DNA of 64,000 nucleotides from a virus: IMG/VR virus record IMGVR_UViG_3300028653_000010; one strand, 5' to 3'. Shown piece by piece: positions 1 to 10,119 of this stretch (position 1 is its first letter; each line of letters starts with the position of its first letter). The notes under the pieces were generated by a model. It saw only the letters and a program-made list of their open reading frames with translations, ran no database searches and was not told where the DNA came from. The position numbers and the translations under genes were made by a program.

Positions 1-437
1 TCCTTGGCGTCAATATAGTATCGCCCAAGGAGCCCACGCTCCTGAAGAGTAGTAGCCAATACGGTTTTTGCAGCCTGAAGAGTCCAAGGATCGAACCTAG
101 TCTTCAGGGTGCTACTAATCTTGGCCGGATCAGTAGATTGCATGATTGCCAACCGAGCAACCTTTTCGACCTGAGCCAAGGTCTCCATGGAGGCCAACTT
201 GCCATGAGCCTCACTCAAGTCGCCCATGGTTCGATGAACGTCTTTGTTAGGGACCAAGTAAGTGGACGGAGCCTGACCTGTGTGACTCCAAGCAGCCTCC
301 AAGTCCGGAGCGAAGTCCAGGTTTTGCTTCGGAAGGTCCGAGAGCTCCCGATAGTCTTTATCATTAACGTCAAGCCAATCAAGATTGTTGACTGCGCCTT
401 CCTTGAGAAAACCAGAGATGTCACCCAAATCAGCCAT
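1..437 (-). CDS. Hypothetical protein, N-terminal part; runs off the window (MADLGDISGFLKEG...)
   Basis: Open minus frame from ATG 437 to the window edge, 11 nt after the stop of 449..1948, GAAGGA SD; not in the ORF track. Confidence 0.75.
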   Translation of the reverse strand, partial: MADLGDISGFLKEGAVNNLDWLDVNDKDYRELSDLPKQNLDFAPDLEAAWSHTGQAPSTYLVPNKDVHRTMGDLSEAHGKLASMETLAQVEKVARLAIMQSTDPAKISSTLKTRFDPWTLQAAKTVLATTLQERGLLGRYYIDAK

Positions 438-448
438 TTCAATATCCT

Positions 449-1948
449 TCAGTGGTAGTCTTCTCGGTACAGGTCTTGTTGGTCGTTACGGTAGTCGTGA
501 GCATCCGACTTCCATTTGATGTAGGGGACATCTTGTTGTTCTGTATTCTCACCCACGTTAGGGGTGGTGTCCCTGTAGTGATCGTAGTTGACTCCACCAT
601 CACCTGGCATCTGAGACTCGGCGAACATGTGCTCTAGATTATGCGATGGTCGAGGAGTTAGAGGAGCTTCTGGAGAGTGGATGTTCATCTCCGGTAGCCC
701 TGAGGTACCGTGATGTTGAACGTTGAATTGATTACCCTTATCGCCCTCAAAGTAGTCACTTCGAGCGACGGGATCTGGGCCATCAAAAGGGAGTTCTGAC
801 TCAGCTATCGCGGCCCATACATTATTCGGGGACAACTTGTCATCAAAGGGGGTTGCACCTCCCTCAGGGTCATGCGTGAGCCCGCCTGGGTCATTGGGTA
901 ACCCACTCTGAGGACCGTAGACTCCGCGCCCATCCGGACTAGTTGTACCGTAGCCCTCGGACCCTTGACCCTTTGCTCCGTACCCTAGACCAAAGTCATT
1001 AGCCTCACCATGGGTATCATCATCAGAGGGTAGGTTTGATTTACCCCAGATAATAACTGCACCAGCAGATCGACTAGTGTCATTCTCCCAAGGAGTAGTG
1101 TAAATATACTCGTCTCCCACACCCTCAGACTTTCCCCACTCGTCATTTACAGTAGGTTCGTCCTTGTTATAGGATCCCTCTGATCCTGTCTGCTCACCTC
1201 GTTCGAGGTGATCGACACGAGGACCTGGAAGAGTGTTGACTGGTAGCGAGGAGTTGGCTACTCTCTGGATGAAGGGGGCCTTCCAATCCCTTGCCTGCTT
1301 GACCTTGAAGACATCACCAGCAGGGGTAGGTTCGCTCGTCTCCTGAGCACCACCACCTGGGACCCTAGAAGCACCGGACTCCTTGTTCTCCTCATCCTTG
1401 ATGCGGTCAGTTAGCTTCTTAGTCTTCGGAGCCTTTTCGGCCTCATCAACTTCTTTACCCCCATACTGCTCGGGGTCTTGAAGTACATCATCAGACTCTT
1501 CAATTAAACCTTCAATTTCATTAGCCTCGGTCTCATCGAGTATGGTGACATCGGGTTGCCAATGAGGGGCGTGTACCTCATCATGCAAGGTATCCGTGAT
1601 TGAAGACAGTAGTTCACAGGCTTGCTGCAGCTGGGATCTGACTTCTTTGACCTTTAGAACATACCCTTTGCCTCCAAGCATGCCATCAGGGGAGATACTC
1701 GCGGACTTGATGCGTGCAAACTCTCGATAAGCTGTTAGGGAGTGTCCAAGAGCAACCGAAGCTGCGAACAGAGTTCGAGCTAGAGGCTTCAGGGCATTAG
1801 GATCAAACTGATGCCCTTGAGGAATTGCACGCTTACCAACGCCAATGCCACTGTCACCCTCCAAACCATCTGGTTTTTGAGCTGGTGGTGGTAAGGGCAA
1901 GCCCTCTTCCCTAGCAATTAGTACCCTGACCTTTTCACGGTTGTCCAA
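449..1948 (-). CDS. Acidic, Gly/Pro-rich hypothetical protein with repeated S-x-LP motifs (possibly virion-associated)
   Basis: 499-aa ORF with GGAGG SD; low-complexity C-terminal half. Confidence 0.75.
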   Translation of the reverse strand: MDNREKVRVLIAREEGLPLPPPAQKPDGLEGDSGIGVGKRAIPQGHQFDPNALKPLARTLFAASVALGHSLTAYREFARIKSASISPDGMLGGKGYVLKVKEVRSQLQQACELLSSITDTLHDEVHAPHWQPDVTILDETEANEIEGLIEESDDVLQDPEQYGGKEVDEAEKAPKTKKLTDRIKDEENKESGASRVPGGGAQETSEPTPAGDVFKVKQARDWKAPFIQRVANSSLPVNTLPGPRVDHLERGEQTGSEGSYNKDEPTVNDEWGKSEGVGDEYIYTTPWENDTSRSAGAVIIWGKSNLPSDDDTHGEANDFGLGYGAKGQGSEGYGTTSPDGRGVYGPQSGLPNDPGGLTHDPEGGATPFDDKLSPNNVWAAIAESELPFDGPDPVARSDYFEGDKGNQFNVQHHGTSGLPEMNIHSPEAPLTPRPSHNLEHMFAESQMPGDGGVNYDHYRDTTPNVGENTEQQDVPYIKWKSDAHDYRNDQQDLYREDYH

Positions 1949-1959
1949 GGTTCCTCCGA

Positions 1960-2226
1960 TTAGGCCTTAAGAGGCGCACCGTTGTCGTCAAAGGTCCTCT
2001 CGACGAACATGCCGCCGTCGCCCTGCCTACGAATCGTCCACAGGTCCCGTGTGGACTTGTGGACCAATTCATCAGCAGATAGACGAACAAATGAGCTAAG
2101 ATCTTTGATTGAAGCTACCTTCTGTCGAAGGGGAGTCACCATATTGGCGTTCCTCGCCAAGAAGGCATCCAGCCCCGTGGAGGGTTGTACCTCAAACCTG
2201 CTCAAGTCAAAATCTTGGTCTGCCAT
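1960..2226 (-). CDS. Hypothetical protein
   Basis: 88-aa ORF tightly packed in the operon. Confidence 0.7.
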   Translation of the reverse strand: MADQDFDLSRFEVQPSTGLDAFLARNANMVTPLRQKVASIKDLSSFVRLSADELVHKSTRDLWTIRRQGDGGMFVERTFDDNGAPLKA

Positions 2227-2233
2227 TCTACCC

Positions 2234-3139
2234 TCACGTAATTACAAGACGAATCTCAACGTCTATGTAGTTGTTGGAGCTATAACCAATAATGCGCAGC
2301 TTTTCTGAGTAAGTCCCCTGCAACATCCCAGTAGGTGGTTGGACTGTAACCGTGATCAACTCACCTTCGGTGGCCTGAAGTGTCCCCTCAGAGGGTAGCC
2401 AACTCCGCAACCAGTTCCCGCATAGGCCGGTGATAGCCCGAATGTCATATTCAAGAACTGAGCCTGGGGGTCCCATGTTCCCAATACTGAAAGTCTGCTG
2501 CGGGACCAGCGGATACTGACCGTTGAGGGGACGAACTACATTGAAGATGACTACGGTGTCGCTCGAGGTTATCAGCGCTCTAGGGCGAACGTTGATTAGC
2601 ACAGGGACCGTCTGCGGGTTGTTGGTAGCCGTTGGGTCTTGAACTATGATTGACTCTGGGTACGGACTATTGGCGGCCAATAACCCAGTTGAATCTACTT
2701 CAACCGTGAAGCTACCACTCTCGTTGATAGCCAACCCACCAACCATGGAGGGGCTCACTCGAACGAATGGTGCTGATACTGTAAGGCTAGCACCTAGGAT
2801 TGAACCGAACACTCCTTGGTTGGTAATGAGAGCCGACTGAGGATCAGAGTAGCCTCGACCTTCGTCAACCTCGAACACGAGCGACGCGGGGGGTCCGATG
2901 AGGATGCTCGGAGCGAAGTTGGACTTCAACTCAACGATGCTATCTGCCATCGCTTGGATGACCTCACCTAGGATTGGGATTGAATCCCTTAGCAACCCAT
3001 AGGGAGACTTGATGTCCCTAACCTGATAGGCGGGGACTGACTGAGATACATCAACTCGAGTTGTCCAATACCACTTACCGGCTGGTACCGCATACTCGAA
3101 CTGGTAGTCTTGGAATCGGAGGTTCTGTACAGGTGGCAA
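2234..3139 (-). CDS. Protein with two Ig-like/BACON-like beta-sandwich domains (putative structural)
   Basis: Beta-rich repeats ending 'QTVPVLINV' and 'IDVEIRLVIT'; W-L-x..P..GTL pattern. Confidence 0.55.
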   Translation of the reverse strand: MPPVQNLRFQDYQFEYAVPAGKWYWTTRVDVSQSVPAYQVRDIKSPYGLLRDSIPILGEVIQAMADSIVELKSNFAPSILIGPPASLVFEVDEGRGYSDPQSALITNQGVFGSILGASLTVSAPFVRVSPSMVGGLAINESGSFTVEVDSTGLLAANSPYPESIIVQDPTATNNPQTVPVLINVRPRALITSSDTVVIFNVVRPLNGQYPLVPQQTFSIGNMGPPGSVLEYDIRAITGLCGNWLRSWLPSEGTLQATEGELITVTVQPPTGMLQGTYSEKLRIIGYSSNNYIDVEIRLVIT

Positions 3140-3185
3140 GGCAGTCCTCTAAACTGCCAAGCGTACAAGTAAATGCTCAATCGAG

Positions 3186-3827
3186 TCACAACCCGGACAA
3201 CTCGTCGCCGCCACGATTTTCCCATTGAGGGAGTTTCACTGCTCTAAGTATGTTGAAGTTCTTACTAGCAATGGATGAGAACACCTTGAATAGAGGCTCA
3301 AATGTTGTGTCCTCAGTGGCCTTTCGCTCAAGTAGCTTCACCGCCCCAAAGAAACGATGTCTCACTCGACCCTGAGTAAGCTCTAGCTGCATTGCTACTT
3401 CACTCTGGCAAGTGGTCTTCCACATGCCAACCAATATATCAACATCAATTGGCTTGAGAGGTACAAATGGTAGGTTATACCGCATCTCGCTCTCGGTGAT
3501 CTGAGGTATTGATAGCAAGAACTTGATCCTTTGAAGGCCCCGATCCAATCGATAGCTGATTGCCGCCTGAGTTACATCGAAGATCTCGGCTATGTCTGCC
3601 TGACGTTTCTTCTGTATGTAGTACAACTCAATCAGGTCAGCTTCCCTGTCTGGTATCCTGTCGAGGAGAGGTTTGACCTGCGTTTCGAAGTGCAACGAGG
3701 ATAGGATAGAGACAACCTGCTCCTCATCCACTTCCTCAATTGGTTCGTCGAATAGCGGCTCTGGCGATGCAAAACGGTTTGCCAACTCTGCAGGGTCAAC
3801 CGAGATCGTAAAGCCAGCGCTACCCAT
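3186..3827 (-). CDS. Sigma-70 region 4-like HTH protein with two tandem HTH units
   Basis: 'LDRIPDREADLIELYY..QADIAEIFDVTQAAISYRLDRG' and a second 'QSEVAMQLELTQGRVRHR'. Confidence 0.75.
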   Translation of the reverse strand: MGSAGFTISVDPAELANRFASPEPLFDEPIEEVDEEQVVSILSSLHFETQVKPLLDRIPDREADLIELYYIQKKRQADIAEIFDVTQAAISYRLDRGLQRIKFLLSIPQITESEMRYNLPFVPLKPIDVDILVGMWKTTCQSEVAMQLELTQGRVRHRFFGAVKLLERKATEDTTFEPLFKVFSSIASKNFNILRAVKLPQWENRGGDELSGL

Positions 3828-3833
3828 AATACC

Positions 3834-5684
3834 TCAGCTATTCTTGGTGAACCCAGCCCCAACAGGGGTCTGGAAGAAGGTTGAAATCAAGATCTCAGGT
3901 TGAATGGAACACTGCTTTAGAGCGTCGAAAGCGCTATCAAAGTTCGGAGCTGCCTCCGTAATCTGGTAGTCTAGGTCCGTTCTAAGAGCCATAAGTTCCA
4001 CATTTAATCGGGCTTGTTTCTCAAAGCCTCGGATCTTGTCGTACTGAGTCTTGGTGACCCCGGCTAAGCTTGAAGCGTAGACCCCATCGATCGATCCGTG
4101 CGTTGTTAGAAGGGACGCCAGGATCTTACGAGGTACTCTTGGGACCCCGGGCAGATTGTCCGATGTGTCACCTGAGAGTGCTCTGAGGTGAACCATCAAC
4201 CGGGGCGGGACCCCATACTCTGACACAACTCTATCGGGGTCGTAAAGGGTCTCAGGTCGACTTCCTTGCTTTGGTACTAAAAGTAAGTCAGTGTATGTAA
4301 CCAACTGTAGGAAGTCACGGTCTGTAGAGATGATTATGTTGTGTTTACCTTTTAGCTTGTTCTTCAGTAAACAAGCGATAATATCGTCTGTTTCCTCGTC
4401 TGGATTATGGACTTGTGAGATGCCAAACATTGGAAGCATAGACTGAAGTCGTGACATCTCATCGTGTGTACCCTGACTATGCTCTGGCCTGCCTGCCTTG
4501 TAGTCTGGATACATGTCAACCCTACGCTGCTTAGAGCCATCCCATACAACATACATATTAGCTCTCTCAAAACGCTTCTTGAGTGCAGCTAAGCTACGCA
4601 AGAACCCAAATACTAGTGCAGTTGATCTGCCCTCACTATCGGTTAGCTGATCAGGGATGTTCCTTAGAGCATTGACAACCCTATAAGCTAGATTATGCCC
4701 GTCGAACACGATGTTGTTAGCCATATCTGGGTTCCAATCTGGTAGTGACCTCTCAAGTTGGTCACAATCACTGTGAATCTGTGAGTATCTAGCTATGAAG
4801 CTGTCGAGTAGGTCTAGTGCAGCTGAAGAGTTGGCTAGTTGTGAGACCTCTGGCAATTGAATCAGAGGTAAGTAGAAGAAAAACCCTGACCTTGATATGA
4901 ATGAGTTCATTTGCTGAACTTGATGAAACTTTTTCAGCAGAGGCTCGCTATCGGATCCCGTGAACATCTCAGGTGCCACTGGGTCTACTAGTAACTTCCT
5001 GGCTCTTCTAAAAGTATCAAGCCACGAGGTGATTCTTAGGTACCTGTCATACTTAGCTTGTAAGGGTTTTTCGGAACTAACCAAATACTTATTCGGAGCC
5101 TTGGCACGATCAATCCACTGCTTAATCCTGAACAACTTAGTTAGGAACGGGGAGTTGTACTGCTGGTCTTCGGTATTAGAGACATACTTCAAAAAGCTCC
5201 GAGGTAGTGTGATCAGCGCCTGCTTCGACCTGAGCTTAACGAATACTTGAACGGAGTTATTCTCAGGGATGTTCTCAATTACCTTGCCAACAATCCCGCT
5301 GTAGGCCCCACTCATGACCAAGACTTCGTCGCCTACCTCAATCCCTTGTTCAGTCTCAATGTGAAGCTGAAGGCGCATCTGTTCGATGGAGCTATCAGGC
5401 ACCGCCGATATCCTACGAATCCGATGATCATACACTGTCAGGATTGAGGTAATATACTTGGAACCCTCCAACTTGAAGTATACGGGGTCAGGTTGTGTAC
5501 GTCTAACGAAGATGTAGTTCTCAATTAACTTGTAAACTGACCTAGAATGCCCGCGTGTGATGGTTGAGGCTGGTACAAATACATCCTTCAAGCTCTTGAT
5601 AGATTTTCCAACAGCTTTTCTGAGGACCTCTGGGTCCTCATCCTCACCTTGAGGGCTTAACTCTAGGACAACCCACTCAGGCAT
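3834..5684 (-). CDS. NusG-like (NGN+KOW) domain fused to PolA-type 5'-3' exonuclease/flap endonuclease
   Basis: N-term 'WVVL..VFVPA..LIENYIFV..VGDEVLVMSGAYSGIVGKV'; C-term 'FDGHNLAYR', 'YPDYKAGR', 'ETDDII', 'STDRDFLQL', 'GDTSDNLPGVP'. Confidence 0.85.
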   Translation of the reverse strand: MPEWVVLELSPQGEDEDPEVLRKAVGKSIKSLKDVFVPASTITRGHSRSVYKLIENYIFVRRTQPDPVYFKLEGSKYITSILTVYDHRIRRISAVPDSSIEQMRLQLHIETEQGIEVGDEVLVMSGAYSGIVGKVIENIPENNSVQVFVKLRSKQALITLPRSFLKYVSNTEDQQYNSPFLTKLFRIKQWIDRAKAPNKYLVSSEKPLQAKYDRYLRITSWLDTFRRARKLLVDPVAPEMFTGSDSEPLLKKFHQVQQMNSFISRSGFFFYLPLIQLPEVSQLANSSAALDLLDSFIARYSQIHSDCDQLERSLPDWNPDMANNIVFDGHNLAYRVVNALRNIPDQLTDSEGRSTALVFGFLRSLAALKKRFERANMYVVWDGSKQRRVDMYPDYKAGRPEHSQGTHDEMSRLQSMLPMFGISQVHNPDEETDDIIACLLKNKLKGKHNIIISTDRDFLQLVTYTDLLLVPKQGSRPETLYDPDRVVSEYGVPPRLMVHLRALSGDTSDNLPGVPRVPRKILASLLTTHGSIDGVYASSLAGVTKTQYDKIRGFEKQARLNVELMALRTDLDYQITEAAPNFDSAFDALKQCSIQPEILISTFFQTPVGAGFTKNS

Positions 5685-7113
5685 TTCCCCCTCTACTCCA
5701 GAGTTCAGCGAACCCTCGGCGCCAAGCTTCGTGACTAATTAAGTCCCTATCGCTTGTACTGGTTTCGTTAGGCGTTAGATTCAGTTTCTTTCTCTTACCA
5801 GGGTTTGCTTCTGGGATGACCTGTGTGTCGTAGATGGTCATTGCCCGAGGATCATCAGAGCCCAAATTACCGATAGGCATATCGCCACTAGGCATTTGCT
5901 TGCTACTTGGGGGCTCCTCAGGTGACTGCTGAGCCTCTACCACTGGTGGTGGGCTCGACGTCTCAGCGGGCTTTGGTGTTGGAGCTAGTGTACTCACCGG
6001 AGCTTGAGTAGCCACGGGGGCAGATACTTGTAGGACTGAACCTTGCGACACAGGCTGAGCTGAGATGAAAGATCCCTTCACCCCAGAGAACGCCAGTGCA
6101 GTTAGATCACAAATCAGTCCAACTTGAGTTACGTACCTGGACCTCAAGAAGTGGCTTGCGATCTTGATCAGCTCAACACCGTAGAGCTTATAGACCTCTA
6201 CAGCCAGTAACTTATCTGTGAAAGAGAAGTCCGCTCCCATCCCGTTTGCTAACCGGAAAGAGTTCATAGCGGCCTCCGAGAGACCCGATACTACCTCCTC
6301 AGCGGTCATTCTCTCACAAGCTTGGTCAACAAGCTGGAGCGCCTTCTTGGTGTCAGAGGTTAAGTTGAGTAGTATGTGGTAATAAGTGGAGATCACAGAC
6401 AGATTGAGGTGCTCTCGAACGTTGTCCAGAGTGACCGGCCCAACCTGAGCGATCATCTCAAGACGACTCACCACGTCACGGACATGACCACCGGCGTAGT
6501 CAATAACCGTTAGGATACCATCGTCATCGAACTCTACCTTCTCTGCTTCTAGGATACGCCTCATCCGAACTAGGATGTCTTCGCGCGTAACCTTTCTAAT
6601 CCCATACTCTTCACATCGAGATCGGATAGCACCACGAACCTTTTCAGGTTCCGTGGTGCAAAACATCCCAATCATCTTGCGCTCTTCCAGCGGCTTGAGT
6701 AGGACGTCCTGAGCATCCTTAGACATCCGATGGCACTCGTCAAAGAGGTAGATTCTCTTTGAAGCCCCCACTACCGAGAAGGGGAGGCTATCTACTATCC
6801 TTCGAATCTGATCAATTCCACCCTGGCTAGCTGCGTCTTGCTCAGAAAAAGCCATTGAGGAGTCGTTCAGGATAGACCTGCAACTCTCGCATTGATTGCA
6901 TGGCTCAGGGTTGTTCTTACCTACGTTCTCACAGAGCATCGCCCTAGCGTAGATGCGAGCCAGAGTCGTCTTTCCCTGACCACTACCACCACTGAAGATG
7001 TAACTAGTGTCCAGCGCGGTCCCATTCCTGAGACGAGCTTTGAGTAGTTGAACGGTTCCCTCTTGACCTAGCACATCTGCAAAGGTCAAAGGCCTATACG
7101 TGGTATCCCACAC
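5677..7113 (-). CDS. dnaX: DNA polymerase III gamma/tau clamp-loader subunit
   Basis: 'YRPLTFADVLGQ', Walker A GQGKTT, Zn motif 'PCNQCESC', DECH, SRC. Confidence 0.93.
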   Translation of the reverse strand: MWDTTYRPLTFADVLGQEGTVQLLKARLRNGTALDTSYIFSGGSGQGKTTLARIYARAMLCENVGKNNPEPCNQCESCRSILNDSSMAFSEQDAASQGGIDQIRRIVDSLPFSVVGASKRIYLFDECHRMSKDAQDVLLKPLEERKMIGMFCTTEPEKVRGAIRSRCEEYGIRKVTREDILVRMRRILEAEKVEFDDDGILTVIDYAGGHVRDVVSRLEMIAQVGPVTLDNVREHLNLSVISTYYHILLNLTSDTKKALQLVDQACERMTAEEVVSGLSEAAMNSFRLANGMGADFSFTDKLLAVEVYKLYGVELIKIASHFLRSRYVTQVGLICDLTALAFSGVKGSFISAQPVSQGSVLQVSAPVATQAPVSTLAPTPKPAETSSPPPVVEAQQSPEEPPSSKQMPSGDMPIGNLGSDDPRAMTIYDTQVIPEANPGKRKKLNLTPNETSTSDRDLISHEAWRRGFAELWSRGGNA

Positions 7114-7125
7114 TTTTTATGACCT

Positions 7126-7620
7126 TTATTCGTTGGCAGCCGTTTGAAGCTCGTTATCCTCTTCACTCTCGGCAGTCATGAAACTGAGGTCAAGCGATTG
7201 AGCTACAATTGCAAAGTTGGATAAGTCCTCGGTCCAAGCGCCATGCCGTCGAAGGATAGAACTGAACTCGTAGACATCGGGCTCCCGTGTCTTCCACTTC
7301 ATTGCAGCCGTCTGCTCATCCTCTTCACCGGTGCAACACTCGAGTAAGTGATCGACTAGCGCGGTTCGGCGAGCTGCATCCAACTCATTCCAAACATCGA
7401 GGGGTATCTCCATCAAAAAATCTGGTTCACCAGCGACGAGGAACTTCTGCAGGTCGCTCATCTTCTTAACCGTACCAAGAACGGGCTTTCCACCCTTCTT
7501 GCTGCACTTCTCCTTGAATATGTACCTGAAGCTGGCTTCGGCTAACTCTGGATGATGTGTACCAATTAAGCTCTCAGCGATAGTTTGAACCGCCTGAGCT
7601 TCTTCGTAGGTTTGAGGCAT
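7126..7620 (-). CDS. Putative phage metallopeptidase-like protein (degenerate HExxH)
   Basis: 'W..L....R.ALVDHLLEC...PDVYEFSSILRRHGAW' family pattern; canonical HELxH altered. Confidence 0.65.
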   Translation of the reverse strand: MPQTYEEAQAVQTIAESLIGTHHPELAEASFRYIFKEKCSKKGGKPVLGTVKKMSDLQKFLVAGEPDFLMEIPLDVWNELDAARRTALVDHLLECCTGEEDEQTAAMKWKTREPDVYEFSSILRRHGAWTEDLSNFAIVAQSLDLSFMTAESEEDNELQTAANE

Positions 7621-7622
7621 AG

Positions 7623-8321
7623 CTACTCCCTAATCTGATTCATGATGTAGGACTTGAATGGGTCGTCACCCCAAGCTTCCCAAAGGTTTGCCGGATCCTT
7701 TACTGGCTTACCACTTAGGGTGACACCGCGCGGGTAGTCTAGAATCTGAAGGTGACTGAAGTCCGAGCGATACTCATTGTTGAATTCTCTGCAAGCAGAT
7801 CTTCCAGTTGAGTCTGCATCGTAGAACATGTACACCTTATGCACAAGCCGAAACAACCACCTCAGTAGTTGTTCAGTAACCTTAGCTGTGATTGTGCTAA
7901 CCGTGTATGGAAGTACCCTCTGGGTAGGAAATAAATCGAAAGCACCTTCCACAATGCATATAGATCCAGTAGTCCAGATATGAGGGATAGCCTGACCCAA
8001 CCCAAAGAGTACCAACTCATCACGTACCAAGAAGTAGTCTAGATACCCCTTGTTCGACTGATCAACAGATCTGAATTGGAACCCAGTCACCGTCCCGAGA
8101 GCGTTGGTCAACGGAAGGACATAGGAGTCCTTCAGCTTCTCTCCCCGGTGCGCCCACTGACTGAACTCAGGATCGACTCCAGCGGGCAGTACCCCATTCA
8201 GATACCCAAGCTTGAACCCCACTATCTGCTCTGGAGACACCCCACGCCCATACAAGGCATCCTTGACCCTGTCGTCCAAGTTACCTTGCGCGCACTCAAC
8301 TAGATCATCAGCCCAATTCAT
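7623..8321 (-). CDS. dnaG: DnaG-type primase catalytic/TOPRIM core, no Zn-binding domain
   Basis: 'RGVS..FKLGY', 'GFQFR', 'IVEGAFD', 'YDADSTG', 'KDP'. Confidence 0.85.
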   Translation of the reverse strand: MNWADDLVECAQGNLDDRVKDALYGRGVSPEQIVGFKLGYLNGVLPAGVDPEFSQWAHRGEKLKDSYVLPLTNALGTVTGFQFRSVDQSNKGYLDYFLVRDELVLFGLGQAIPHIWTTGSICIVEGAFDLFPTQRVLPYTVSTITAKVTEQLLRWLFRLVHKVYMFYDADSTGRSACREFNNEYRSDFSHLQILDYPRGVTLSGKPVKDPANLWEAWGDDPFKSYIMNQIRE

Positions 8322-8889
8322 GAGACTCGATTACCGCCAAAGTCTTGTCTACATTGTATAGTTGAAGACCGATGTAGTCTCCCACCCTTGTATAGACACC
8401 TAAGGCTGGTGCATCGGCCACAAGAATTGCACATTTAGCTGGCAGGTCAGTTGACAAGAGTTGAATCCCCTCAACATTGCCGTGTTGCACACCGTTTTCA
8501 TCGGTGAAACGACTGACCACGCCCTTAGGTAGAACTAGGTTCTTCGGCTTGAATCGAGATGCCTGCATGGATTCAACAGCCTCCCCGACTGATCCAAAGC
8601 GATTTGCCCAACTACTTTGGATAGACAGACTCACAACCTGTCGAATTAGGTCTCCCAGGAGCGCTGGCTCCTCCTCCAAGGTGCAAAAGGAGAATCCGAA
8701 GCGAGCCATACCCTCTCTGTTCTTGCGCGTAACCTTGAACTCCCTACGGGCATTAGTCACAAGGATCGGGTCCAGACCATCAGCCACACCCCTCTCAGAG
8801 AGGGCTGGTACCGAGAACCCAGCTCCAGAGTCAGCTCGCGGGCGAAGACGTTCGGCTACGAGTATGTAGGAGAAGATCGAAAAGCTCAT
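8308..8889 (-). CDS. Hypothetical protein
   Basis: 193-aa ORF overlapping both neighbours. Confidence 0.7.
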   Translation of the reverse strand: MSFSIFSYILVAERLRPRADSGAGFSVPALSERGVADGLDPILVTNARREFKVTRKNREGMARFGFSFCTLEEEPALLGDLIRQVVSLSIQSSWANRFGSVGEAVESMQASRFKPKNLVLPKGVVSRFTDENGVQHGNVEGIQLLSTDLPAKCAILVADAPALGVYTRVGDYIGLQLYNVDKTLAVIESHELG

Positions 8890-9428
8890 GAGTCAATCGG
8901 GGGCGGTAGCAGCTTCGAGGTATCGATCTTTGGGATTACCGGTTCCAACCGAACCCTGCAGAACCAGAACCAAACCAACTTCCACCACGGGAACTTGATC
9001 TCTTGAACCGCCCCGAGAACCCATAACAGTGAGAACAGCTCCGGGAGGTTCTCCTCAACCCAAGAGGTGCTCTTCAAGTCCTGGGACAGTTCAGGAAGGA
9101 TGTCTGCCTTGCCCCGAGCCGCCTTGAAGTCCTTGCACTTCTTGGCATCAATGGGCTCCTCGCAGATTGTCCCCTCCCAATTCTCGGGGTCACTGCAACC
9201 TAGCATGCAGAAACCAATAGTCTGGATCACCGGCAACCCGAGCTTGTCAGTAATTCGGTTATACTCAGGGTTGGATTCCCCCTCAAGCTTCTTCCGAGTA
9301 TCGAGAGGATGCCGGTAGTTGTTGACACATCTGGTTGGTAGCCTTTCTGAGGCCATGGCCACCCTACGGTCAAGTTCTGCACAAACCAACTCCCTGACTC
9401 TCGTCTCTACCTCAGACTTGGTTTTCAT
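8886..9428 (-). CDS. Cys-rich hypothetical protein
   Basis: 180-aa ORF overlapping both neighbours. Confidence 0.7.
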   Translation of the reverse strand: MKTKSEVETRVRELVCAELDRRVAMASERLPTRCVNNYRHPLDTRKKLEGESNPEYNRITDKLGLPVIQTIGFCMLGCSDPENWEGTICEEPIDAKKCKDFKAARGKADILPELSQDLKSTSWVEENLPELFSLLWVLGAVQEIKFPWWKLVWFWFCRVRLEPVIPKIDTSKLLPPPIDS

Positions 9429-10119
9429 GTTTGGAACCCTTAGCGCGCCGTAGTGTCAAGTGCTTCCTACCCCCATCGATTTTGATATCAGCATGGTAAG
9501 ATGTAGGAGCGTAATCGACATAGGATTGATGTTGAGTAACCAAAAATATGTCCAGACCCATAGTCTCAGCTAGGCCCTTGAGGAATAAGCTGGTGTTCTC
9601 CACGTAGAGGTCTGACACCGCGGAGAGAGTCTCATCAAGCAGAAGGAACTTTCGGCGCTTCAATCGAAGGATTGTCAGTATCCTCAGAACTAGGCTTGCG
9701 ATAGTTGCAGGGCCTCCACCATAGGACTCCAGCGGACTGCCTCGAGTCCCACCATTGTCTGGGTCACCGTCACGAATGAAGAACTCTGCACTAACCCGAT
9801 TGTACTTCGTGGATAGCTCGGTCTCGAACCGAAGATCCTGGTCGTAGAATATAGTCTGAAATCCGTGGGTGATTACCTCGTCAATGGTCTTGACCTGGCC
9901 CTTCACCATACGATCCAATAGAATCAGGTATAACTCTGAGACCTTTGCAAGGATAGCTAAGCGAGAGGAGAGGGTCTCTAGCTCCCTCTCCTTCTCACCT
10001 AGCTCCAAGTTCAACTGGTCTCTCAGAGTCTTGACCCTCGTCGCCTGAAGCCGGAGGGTATTTACTCGCTGCTTCCTCCCTACTTCGTCAGAGAGGACAT
10101 GAACCTCGTTATTCGACAC
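9412..10119 (-). CDS. SbcC/Rad50 C-terminal half (coiled coil, ABC signature, Walker B)
   Basis: 'ESYGGG', 'FLLLDE', 'LVTQH'; no Walker A. Confidence 0.8.
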   Translation of the reverse strand: MSNNEVHVLSDEVGRKQRVNTLRLQATRVKTLRDQLNLELGEKERELETLSSRLAILAKVSELYLILLDRMVKGQVKTIDEVITHGFQTIFYDQDLRFETELSTKYNRVSAEFFIRDGDPDNGGTRGSPLESYGGGPATIASLVLRILTILRLKRRKFLLLDETLSAVSDLYVENTSLFLKGLAETMGLDIFLVTQHQSYVDYAPTSYHADIKIDGGRKHLTLRRAKGSKHENQV

